From Obrimoposthia wandeli (lineage: Eukaryota), in contig CDROCS010004896.1 of NCBI GenBank assembly GCA_977020255.1, forward strand, positions 1 to 64,000: a stretch of 64,000 nucleotides of DNA. The letters are read 5' to 3'. Positions within the stretch are counted from its first letter, which is position 1. Every line of letters begins with the position of its first letter. Below the pieces are notes generated by a model. It was not told the origin of the DNA. It searched no databases and saw nothing but the letters and a program-made list of their open reading frames with translations. A program made the position numbers and the translations under genes. Of the stretch, positions 56,752-64,000 are shown in pieces.

Positions 56752-57185
56752 TATTCAACACCTTCCACATTGATACCCATGGAGCGAGCAGAACCCGCGA
56801 TAGTGCGAACAGCCGCATCTAGATCTGACGCAGTCAAATCAGCTTCTTTTGTATTAGCAATCTCTTCCAACTGAGCGCGAGTAACAGAACCCACTTTCTC
56901 AGTATTTGGACGACCAGAACCAGACTTAACACCGGCTGCTTTTTTCAACAAGAAAGAAGCTGGCGGAGTCTTAACTTCAAATGTGAAGCTACGGTCGCTA
57001 TATACAGAAATAACTACTGGAATTGGTGCACCAGCTTCCATGCTCTGAGTTTGAGCATTGAACGCCTTACAGAATTCCATGATGTTTAGACCGTGTTGAC
57101 CTAGTGCAGGACCAACAGGTGGACTTGGATTTGCTTTACCAGCTGCAACTTGCAACTTAATATAAGCTTCAACTTTCTTAGCCAT
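56751..57185 (-). CDS. rplK: 50S ribosomal protein L11
   Basis: [19 protein letters not shown]. Confidence 0.99.
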   Translation of the reverse strand: MAKKVEAYIKLQVAAGKANPSPPVGPALGQHGLNIMEFCKAFNAQTQSMEAGAPIPVVISVYSDRSFTFEVKTPPASFLLKKAAGVKSGSGRPNTEKVGSVTRAQLEEIANTKEADLTASDLDAAVRTIAGSARSMGINVEGVE

Positions 57186-57199
57186 ACTTTACTCCGAAT

Positions 57200-57228
57200 G
57201 GGTATAACGCTAGACAAACTAGCTTCCC
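57200..57228 (-). promoter_or_regulatory. L1-binding leader of rplKA
   Basis: GGGAAG-CUAG-loop-CUAG-CGUUAUACCC just upstream of the rplK SD matches the L1 operator architecture. Confidence 0.65.
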
Positions 57229-57263
57229 GATTAAACAAGCCCCGACAAATCGAGGCTAAAAAA

Positions 57264-57800
57264 TTATACTGCTTTCTCTACCTGAATAAATTCAAGCTCA
57301 ACAGGCGTATTACGACCAAAGATCGTCACAGCTACTTTCAAACGAGATTTAGCGTAGTCAACAGTCTCAACAACACCATTAAAGTCAGCAAACGGACCAT
57401 CGATAACACGAATAATTTCGCCCGGCTCGTAAACTGTCTTCTGCGTTGGAGACTGTGCACCATCCTGAACACGCTGCAAAATAGCATCTGCTTCTTTAGG
57501 CGTAATCGGTGCAGGCTTAGAAGCGGTACCGCCAATAAAACCTAAAACACGCGGAGTCTGCTTAACCAGATGCCACGTCTCATCATTCATTTCCATCTCT
57601 ACCAGGACATATCCCGGATAAAACTTACGCTCACTCTTACGCTTTTTGCCATCACGCATTTCGATGACTTCTTCAGTCGGCACCAATATCTCGCCAAACT
57701 GATCCTGCATATCATGCATTTCAATTCTTTCGTTCAAACCACTCAGAACGCGTTTTTCATAACCTGAATAGGCGTGTACTACATACCAACGTTTTGACAT
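57264..57800 (-). CDS. nusG: transcription factor NusG
   Basis: [26 protein letters not shown]. Confidence 0.99.
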   Translation of the reverse strand: MSKRWYVVHAYSGYEKRVLSGLNERIEMHDMQDQFGEILVPTEEVIEMRDGKKRKSERKFYPGYVLVEMEMNDETWHLVKQTPRVLGFIGGTASKPAPITPKEADAILQRVQDGAQSPTQKTVYEPGEIIRVIDGPFADFNGVVETVDYAKSRLKVAVTIFGRNTPVELEFIQVEKAV

Positions 57801-57814
57801 TACGCTTCCTCAGA

Positions 57815-58183
57815 CTAGCCTAGTAACAAAGAGATTAACCAGCTGAGTAGTGAGTCAACACCCCACAATACCAGCGACATAAGAATAACTACTACTACAA
57901 CAATCATTGTTGTCTGTGTAGTTTCTTGACGAGTCGGCCATACAACTTTGCGACGCTCAAGGTTTGCAGATTTAAGGAACTGCAAGAAGATTTGACCTTT
58001 AGTGGTTATCAAGGCGACACCCACAGAAGACAACATAAGAAACACTACGCCCAATACACGATACAGCAATGGCTCGCTAGCATATTGATAATTGCCAACA
58101 ATCGCTGCCGCCAACAAGGCAATCGCCAAAATCCACTTAACAATATCCAGTGGCGATCTTTGTATATTACTATCTGCACTCAT
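57815..58183 (-). CDS. secE: preprotein translocase SecE (3-TM form)
   Basis: KVVWPTRQET; upstream of nusG; start set at MSADSN. Confidence 0.95.
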   Translation of the reverse strand: MSADSNIQRSPLDIVKWILAIALLAAAIVGNYQYASEPLLYRVLGVVFLMLSSVGVALITTKGQIFLQFLKSANLERRKVVWPTRQETTQTTMIVVVVVILMSLVLWGVDSLLSWLISLLLG

Positions 58184-58235
58184 TATGCTTTCCCTAAAGC
58201 CAAAAATGGCAGCCGAAGCTACCATCTTAAGAATT

Positions 58236-58311
58236 TGGCAGGCAACGAGGGACTCGAACCCCCAACATTCGGTTTTGGAGACCGACGCTCTACCAATTGA
58301 ACTAGTTGCCT
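58236..58311 (-). tRNA. tRNA-Trp(CCA)
   Basis: 76-nt cloverleaf AGGCAAC...GTTGCCT-GCCA, anticodon loop CTCCAAA, GTTCGA T-loop. Confidence 0.97.
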
Positions 58312-58332
58312 TTACTTGGTTTAGGGCGCAGA

Positions 58333-58361
58333 AAGATACAGCACCCCATCCTTTTAAGCAA
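58333..58361 (-). promoter_or_regulatory. sigma70 promoter for tRNA-Trp-secE-nusG
   Basis: TTGCTT-17 bp-TATCTT, GC-rich discriminator CTGCGCCC, ~20 nt upstream of the tRNA. Confidence 0.6.
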
Positions 58362-58794
58362 GAATTTATTTTGCTTAATTCGTGGTTTTAATCACTTCCC
58401 ATTAAGGGACGGCAATTATGACACTATCCATTACTTAAGCAACTGCTATCCACCTATTTTCAATAGATTATTGCAATTAGAGACACTATCCCTAATAAGC
58501 AACCAAAATCCCAAGGGGAATTCAACCCCTCCCTTTTATAGAGAACCTAATTGCCTCCTATTTATTTTGTCATATTTAACCATTCAGGCCCCACCCAAAT
58601 ACGAAATTCAATATTAATGCCTACTTTATACTCCATTTATTAAGTTTTTCTGGCCATTTCATACTCATTCACTCAAAATACCGCGCCTATTTTTAAAAAT
58701 TTACTCTAATTGATTAAATTTTATGCCAATAACAGGTTTAAAGCCTGTAGAATGGCGCACGAATTTTTATACACCTTAGCTATCGAGTAATGCT

Positions 58795-60879
58795 ATGACT
58801 GACTTATCGAAGTACAGAAATATCGGTATCTTCGCCCACGTTGACGCGGGCAAGACTACCACTACAGAACGTATCCTGAAATTGACCGGCAAGATCCATA
58901 AAACGGGTGAAGTACACGACGGCGAATCAACTACCGATTTCATGGAACAGGAAGCTGAGCGCGGTATTACCATTCAGTCTGCTGCAATCACATGTTTCTG
59001 GAAAGATCACCGCATGAACGTGATCGATACACCTGGACACGTTGATTTCACAGTTGAAGTTTATCGTTCTTTGAAAGTACTTGATGGCGGCATCGGTGTT
59101 TTCTGTGGTTCTGGTGGTGTTGAACCTCAGTCAGAAACTAACTGGCGCTATGCCGATGAGTCGGGCGTTTCTCGTATCATCTTCGTAAACAAGCTAGACC
59201 GTATCGGCGCAGACTTCTTGAAAGTAACTGAGCAAGTACAAAAAGTATTAGGTGCTACACCTCTTATCATGGTTTTGCCTATCGGCATCGAAGACGACTT
59301 CACGGGTGTTGTTGATCTTCTAACTCGCAAAGCTTACATCTGGGATGATTCTGGCGAGCCAGAAAACTACGTAGTAGAAGACGTTCCTGCTGATATGGTT
59401 GACGATGTTGAAATGTATCGTGAACAGCTAATCGAAACTGCTGTTGAAATGGATGACGACATCATGATGGCTTACATGGATGGCGAACAGCCAACTATGG
59501 AGCAAATCAAAGCGTGTATCCGTGAAGGAACTAACAAGCTTAAGTTCTTCCCAACTTATTGCGGTTCTGCGTTCAAAAACAAGGGTATTCAGTTAATTCT
59601 TGATGCTGTTGTTGATTACCTACCAAGCCCGACTGACGTTATCCCTCAGCCGCTTACTGATGAATTCGGCGAGCCGACTGGTGAAGTAGCAACAGTTTCT
59701 GTTGACGAACCTTTCCGCGCACTTGCGTTTAAAATCATGGACGACCGTTTCGGCGCCCTAACCTTTATTCGCATCTACTCTGGTAAGCTTAATAAAGGCG
59801 ATACCATCCTTAACTCTTTCACAGGCAAGACTGAACGTATCGGTCGTATGTGTGAAATGGAAGCTGATGAGCGTAAAGAATTATCTTCTGCACAAGCAGG
59901 CGACATTCTAGCAATCGTTGGCATGAAGAACGTTCAGACAGGTCATACTTTATGTGATCCTAAGCACGAATGTACTCTTGAAGCCATGGTATTCCCAGAG
60001 CCAGTAATCTCTATCTCTGTAACACCTAAAGATAAAGGTGGTGCTGAGAAGATGGGCATCGCTATCGGTAAGATGGTTGCTGAAGATCCAACATTCTTGG
60101 TTCACACTGATGACGAAACTGGCCAGACAATTCTTCGCGGAATGGGCGAGCTTCACCTAGATATTAAAGTTGATATCTTGAAGCGTACTTATGGTGTTGA
60201 TCTTGAAGTAGGCGAGCCTCAGGTTGCTTACCGTGAGACGATCAACCAAGCGGTTGAAGATTCTTACACACACAAGAAGCAGTCTGGTGGTTCTGGTCAA
60301 TACGGTAAGATCGATTACCGCATCAAGCCTGGCGAACAGGGTTCTGGCTTCACTTTCACTTCAAATGTTGTTGGTGGTAACGTTCCTAAGGAATTCCTAC
60401 CTGCAATTGAGAAGGGCTTCAAAGGCATGATGGATACGGGTGTTCTTGCTGGCTTCCCTGTTCTTGATGTTGAAGTTGAAGTATTCGACGGTGGCTACCA
60501 CGCTGTTGACTCCTCTGCTGTTGCTTTCGAAATCGCTGCTAAAGGCGCTTTCCGTCAGTCGATCCCTAAGGCTAAACCACAGCTTCTTGAGCCAATCATG
60601 AAAGTTGATGTGTTTACTCCTGATGATCACGTTGGTGATGTTATTGGTGACCTTAACCGTCGTCGTGGAATTATCGGTGGTCAAGACGCTGGTCTTTCTG
60701 GCGTTCGCATCAAAGCAGACGTTCCATTGTCTGAAATGTTCGGTTACATCGGATCTCTACGTACTATGACCTCTGGTCGTGGTCAGTTCTCGATGGAATT
60801 CGCACATTACGCACCTTGCCCTAACTCAGTATCTGAAAAAGTTATTGCGGAAGAAAAAGAGCGTAACGCTAAGAAGTAA
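58795..60879 (+). CDS. fusA: elongation factor G paralog (fusA2)
   Basis: [23 protein letters not shown], all five EF-G domains; clearly divergent from the str copy. Confidence 0.97.
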   Translation: MTDLSKYRNIGIFAHVDAGKTTTTERILKLTGKIHKTGEVHDGESTTDFMEQEAERGITIQSAAITCFWKDHRMNVIDTPGHVDFTVEVYRSLKVLDGGIGVFCGSGGVEPQSETNWRYADESGVSRIIFVNKLDRIGADFLKVTEQVQKVLGATPLIMVLPIGIEDDFTGVVDLLTRKAYIWDDSGEPENYVVEDVPADMVDDVEMYREQLIETAVEMDDDIMMAYMDGEQPTMEQIKACIREGTNKLKFFPTYCGSAFKNKGIQLILDAVVDYLPSPTDVIPQPLTDEFGEPTGEVATVSVDEPFRALAFKIMDDRFGALTFIRIYSGKLNKGDTILNSFTGKTERIGRMCEMEADERKELSSAQAGDILAIVGMKNVQTGHTLCDPKHECTLEAMVFPEPVISISVTPKDKGGAEKMGIAIGKMVAEDPTFLVHTDDETGQTILRGMGELHLDIKVDILKRTYGVDLEVGEPQVAYRETINQAVEDSYTHKKQSGGSGQYGKIDYRIKPGEQGSGFTFTSNVVGGNVPKEFLPAIEKGFKGMMDTGVLAGFPVLDVEVEVFDGGYHAVDSSAVAFEIAAKGAFRQSIPKAKPQLLEPIMKVDVFTPDDHVGDVIGDLNRRRGIIGGQDAGLSGVRIKADVPLSEMFGYIGSLRTMTSGRGQFSMEFAHYAPCPNSVSEKVIAEEKERNAKK

Positions 60880-60900
60880 TTTGATTACTTTTTAGAGCGT

Positions 60901-60940
60901 TAAAAAAACCCTATCAGTGCAAACTGATGGGGTTTTTTAT
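60901..60940 (+). terminator. terminator after fusA2
   Basis: AAAAAACCCTATCAG / CTGATGGGGTTTTTT stem with T-run. Confidence 0.85.
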
Positions 60941-61239
60941 TGCCTGAAGAAAAGATAAAAAAAGAATACTTACCACAGAGGCGCTTCGCTACACAGAGGA
61001 AAGATAAATACATAACAGAACTGATAATCATGCATCTATACTTAAGTAGAACATGCGTAAAAGCACACAAACCAACTATTCGACCCCGCATTTCCTATGA
61101 GCTCTATTCATATTGCATAAACAGTTAACCTTTACTTTCACGCTACTCTGCTTTAAATCTTTGCCCTTCTCCGTGTAGCGAAGCGTCCCTGTGCCTCTGT
61201 GGTTAATTGCTTTCATCTCTGGCACTTTTCTTACAGGCA
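60941..61239. repeat. 299-bp element with nested inverted repeats (MITE/REPIN-like)
   Basis: Outer IR TGCCTG(-/T)AAGAAAAG at 60941-60954 / 61225-61239; inner IR ACCACAGAGG...CGCTTCGCTACAC at 60972-61003 / 61166-61203. Confidence 0.65.
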
Positions 61240-61240
61240 C

Positions 61241-61269
61241 AAAAAAGGCCGCTAGAAGCGGCCTTTTTT
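61241..61269 (-). terminator. terminator after tufB
   Basis: AAAAAAGGCCGC-TAGAA-GCGGCCTTTTTT. Confidence 0.85.
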
Positions 61270-61288
61270 TATGCTTAGTAAGAATCGA

Positions 61289-62512
61289 TTAAGCGATTAC
61301 TTTACCAACAACACCAGCGCCTACAGTACGGCCACCTTCACGAATAGCGAAACGTAGACCTTCATCCATCGCGATTGGTGCGATTAGAGTTACTTCTAGG
61401 TTTACGTTATCACCAGGCATTACCATCTCAACGCCTTCAGGAAGCTCACAAGCACCCGTTACGTCAGTAGTACGGAAGTAGAACTGTGGACGGTAACCTT
61501 TAAAGAAAGGAGTGTGACGACCGCCTTCTTCTTTACCCAACACATATACTTCTGCAGAGAATGTAGTGTGAGGAGTGATTGAACCAGGCTTAGCCAATAC
61601 TTGACCACGCTGAACATCTTCACGCTTAGTACCACGAAGAAGGATACCGCAGTTTTCACCAGCACGACCCTCATCAAGGATCTTACGGAACATTTCAACA
61701 CCAGTACAAGTTGAAGAAGTAGTTTCTTTAAGACCGATGATTGAAACTTCGTCACCTGTGTTAATTACGCCACGTTCGATACGACCAGTAACAACAGTAC
61801 CACGACCCTGAATAGAGAAAACGTCTTCGATTGGCATAATGAAATCACCATCTACAGCGCGCTCTGGCTCAGGAATATAAGTATCAAGAGTTTCTAGAAG
61901 CTTCTTAACAGCTGTAGTACCCATTTCGTTCTCATCTTCGCCGTTTAGGGCCATCAATGCAGAACCAGCAACGATTGGAGTATCATCACCTGGGAAATCG
62001 TATTCAGAAAGAAGCTCACGAAGCTCCATTTCTACTAGCTCGATCATTTCTTCGTATTCTTCAGAATCGGCGCCGCCGCAATCTTCTGCAAGAAGGTCAG
62101 ATTTGTTCAAGAATACTACGATGTACGGAACACCAACTTGACGAGAAAGCAAGATGTGCTCACGAGTCTGAGGCATCGGGCCATCAGTTGCGCCACATAC
62201 CAAGATAGCACCATCCATTTGAGCAGCACCAGTAATCATGTTTTTAACATAATCGGCGTGACCTGGGCAATCTACGTGTGCGTAGTGACGATCAGTTGTT
62301 TCATACTCAACGTGAGAAGTTGCGATAGTGATACCACGCTCGCGCTCTTCTGGTGCGTTATCGATGTTTGCGAAATCTACCATTTCGCCACCGAAAACTT
62401 CTGCAGCAACACGAGTAAGTGCTGCTGTTAGAGTTGTTTTACCGTGGTCAACGTGGCCAATTGTGCCAACGTTTACGTGAGTTTTAGTACGTTCAAATTG
62501 CGCTTTTGCCAT
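61289..62512 (-). CDS. tufB: elongation factor Tu (tRNA-linked copy)
   Basis: Full EF-Tu downstream of the Tyr-Gly-Thr tRNAs; start set at MAKAQF. Confidence 0.99.
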   Translation of the reverse strand: MAKAQFERTKTHVNVGTIGHVDHGKTTLTAALTRVAAEVFGGEMVDFANIDNAPEERERGITIATSHVEYETTDRHYAHVDCPGHADYVKNMITGAAQMDGAILVCGATDGPMPQTREHILLSRQVGVPYIVVFLNKSDLLAEDCGGADSEEYEEMIELVEMELRELLSEYDFPGDDTPIVAGSALMALNGEDENEMGTTAVKKLLETLDTYIPEPERAVDGDFIMPIEDVFSIQGRGTVVTGRIERGVINTGDEVSIIGLKETTSSTCTGVEMFRKILDEGRAGENCGILLRGTKREDVQRGQVLAKPGSITPHTTFSAEVYVLGKEEGGRHTPFFKGYRPQFYFRTTDVTGACELPEGVEMVMPGDNVNLEVTLIAPIAMDEGLRFAIREGGRTVGAGVVGKVIA

Positions 62513-62562
62513 GACCTTATAATCTCTCGTTGAGGTATGAATATATTTTTCGAACACACAAC

Positions 62563-62585
62563 AAAAAGGCAGGCATAAGCCTACC
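62563..62585 (-). terminator. intrinsic terminator-like hairpin between tRNA-Thr and tufB
   Basis: RNA GGUAGGC-UUAU-GCCUGCC-UUUUU; the G.U pair works only on the minus-strand transcript. Confidence 0.6.
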
Positions 62586-62600
62586 TTCTTTATTGAATAC

Positions 62601-62676
62601 TGGTGCTGATAGGCAGATTCGAACTGCCGACCTCATCCTTACCAAGGATGCACTCTACCAACTGAGCTATATCAGC
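62601..62676 (-). tRNA. tRNA-Thr(GGT)
   Basis: 76-nt cloverleaf, anticodon GGT, encoded CCA. Confidence 0.97.
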
Positions 62677-62693
62677 AACAAATCTTTCTAAAT

Positions 62694-62722
62694 TGGAGCG
62701 GGTGGAGGGAATCGAACCCTCA

Positions 62723-62755
<33 letters not shown>

Positions 62756-62767
62756 TACCACACCCGC
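62694..62767 (-). tRNA. tRNA-Gly(TCC)
   Basis: 74-nt cloverleaf, anticodon TCC, encoded CCA. Confidence 0.97.
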
Positions 62768-62835
62768 AACTCAGCTTTTAATCCAGAGTACTGACTCTGA
62801 ATTAACTACTCGACATAATCGCGTAGTCTGAATAA

Positions 62836-62919
62836 TGGTGGTGGGGGAAGGATTCGAACCTTCGAAGCTTGCGCGTCAGATTTACAGTCTGATCCCTTTG
62901 GCCACTCGGGAACCCCACC
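62836..62919 (-). tRNA. tRNA-Tyr(GTA)
   Basis: 84 nt with long variable arm, anticodon GTA, encoded CCA. Confidence 0.97.
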
Positions 62920-62932
62920 AGGAATGAGCGGC

Positions 62933-62960
62933 ATTATGTCAGCATTTGAGCTGCTGTCAA
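62933..62960 (-). promoter_or_regulatory. sigma70 promoter of the tRNA-tufB operon
   Basis: TTGACA-16 bp-CATAAT, GC-rich discriminator GCCGCTC. Confidence 0.75.
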
Positions 62961-62994
62961 TACTTTTTCTCTTATTTATTAAAAACTTAGCGGT

Positions 62995-63657
62995 TTATTT
63001 CGAATGTGAACAATCTGTGAGCATCCACTGAAGTTTTTCACCTTCACCAACCACTCTTTTACGCATTGCTTCTGTTAGTTGTGTTACCTGAGGGAATTCT
63101 AACCAGAGCTCTTTCTCACCTCTAGAGACTTCTTTGATCACTACATCGTAATCTAGACCTGTCATCTTCTTAGATAGCTTGCTAGCAGAATCAGGGCTAC
63201 GGAAAAGCCCAAGCGAAATACCTTCCGCTAAATCCCCCTGAGTGATTATATAGCTATCGACACCTCTACCTTGTAACTCTCGTAGTAAGCGTAAGGACTG
63301 CTGCCGATTAGCTTGTGGGGGGATGTGCACCCAATGCTCTATACTCGTTCCAGTAGTTAACCCTCTTAGCTCGGACTTAAAGCCTAGCGCCTCTGCTCTG
63401 ACCTTTAGATGCTTAGCATCTATACGATCCGCTAGTGGGCCTACACTATAGCAACGACTACCTGAGCCTGAATCACTACTCGATTTTATTTCTTTATAAT
63501 TAATATCACTGTCATCTAACTCTGATAAGAGAACTAAAGATTCGCCCATCTGCTCTTGGTCTTTTACAGCATTAATATTAGTTCCAGATTGATCACGCCA
63601 AAACCAGACCATTACTAATAAATTCAAACAAACTAAACTAAGGAATACCCAACGCAT
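62995..63657 (-). CDS. membrane-anchored SPOR-domain protein
   Basis: N-terminal TM (MRWVFLSLVCLNLL), C-terminal GISLGLFRS...A..L; conserved position downstream of coaX. Confidence 0.8.
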   Translation of the reverse strand: MRWVFLSLVCLNLLVMVWFWRDQSGTNINAVKDQEQMGESLVLLSELDDSDINYKEIKSSSDSGSGSRCYSVGPLADRIDAKHLKVRAEALGFKSELRGLTTGTSIEHWVHIPPQANRQQSLRLLRELQGRGVDSYIITQGDLAEGISLGLFRSPDSASKLSKKMTGLDYDVVIKEVSRGEKELWLEFPQVTQLTEAMRKRVVGEGEKLQWMLTDCSHSK

Positions 63658-64000
63658 TTAATTTCTCACCTGCCAAAGTCCTTTCAATACAAGATTTTTG
63701 TCTACCTTAGCGGTAGTAAAAAATCCGGCCAACAACTCACAATCACCGCCAGTGATTATGATTTCGTATTTTGGATACTGATGTGTGACTTTTTCAATTA
63801 AAGCAACTTGCTGATTAATCACACCATACTCTACACACTGCAACGTATTATTGCCCAGTTTATTAAGCCTGCCGTCATCACTATTAAAGGAGACAACTTC
63901 ATCGTAACGCTTAACTTGCTCGGCCTTCGTGAACAATGCTGCTTGAGCCATTGCCATACCAGGTACAATATAACCTCCCTGATGCATTCCATCCCAATTA
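63658..64000 (-). CDS. coaX: type III pantothenate kinase (5' part outside window)
   Basis: HQGGYIVPG, IITGGD, LVLKGL. Confidence 0.88.
   Translation of the reverse strand, partial: NWDGMHQGGYIVPGMAMAQAALFTKAEQVKRYDEVVSFNSDDGRLNKLGNNTLQCVEYGVINQQVALIEKVTHQYPKYEIIITGGDCELLAGFFTTAKVDKNLVLKGLWQVRN

Noticed and set aside
27862-58225. Many 60-175 aa antisense or alternate-frame ORFs over ribosomal, rpo, tuf and fus genes (e.g. 44678-45199, 51554-52081, 57150-57545)
   Set aside because: Expected shadows of strongly biased coding sequence; no RBS or domain evidence.
58306-58617. 103-aa ORF upstream of fusA2
   Set aside because: Overlaps the tRNA-Trp 5' end and promoter, low-complexity composition, no motifs.
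60900-61128. ORFs 60900-61091 and 60940-61128
   Set aside because: They cross terminator and inverted-repeat sequence; no convincing start context or homology by eye.
62512-62557. N-terminal extensions given by the track for tufB (also ssb, rplV, rplL, rpsM, secE, cobL, LuxR)
   Set aside because: Downstream ATGs match conserved N-termini or have better SD context.

Overview
Window from an AT-rich gammaproteobacterium; the gene order (coaX-SPOR-tRNAs-tufB ... rplQ ... uvrA-MFS-ssb) and the EF-Tu insertion point to an Oceanospirillales/Pseudomonadales-like lineage, which is inference. Left to right: (1) 1-897, an Old Yellow Enzyme gene with a broken frame. (2) ~960-5000, an integron gene-cassette array on the minus strand that the ORF track does not reveal: six attC sites (one lacking its R' core) delimit six cassettes, two intact (exported proteins) and four frameshifted (including a DUF2971-type gene). 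No integrase is present, and the array is headed by an unusual 160-bp repeat-rich site. (3) 5281-16579, a CbiX/CbiD/CbiG-type cobalamin operon with a NiCoT-like permease and no riboswitch. (4) 16765-21122, a REC-GGDEF-EAL / CHASE-PAS kinase / response regulator module. (5) ssb, a YajR-like MFS, a CsgD/VpsT-like LuxR regulator, uvrA and a fossil alpha/beta-hydrolase fragment. (6) 27862-58311, the alpha, spc, S10, str, rpoBC, rplJL, rplKA, nusG, secE and tRNA-Trp supercluster. (7) A second EF-G gene inserted on the opposite strand between tRNA-Trp and tufB, with more 'highly expressed' codon use than the str-operon fusA; then tufB (14 aa different from tufA), tRNA-Thr/Gly/Tyr, a SPOR protein and partial coaX. 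Best leads: the integrase-less array and its leading site, the apparent EF-G role swap, a structured RNA in the rpsJ-rplC spacer, and a nested inverted-repeat element between fusA2 and tufB. Main caveat: the frameshift cluster in the first 4.7 kb could be local sequencing error.
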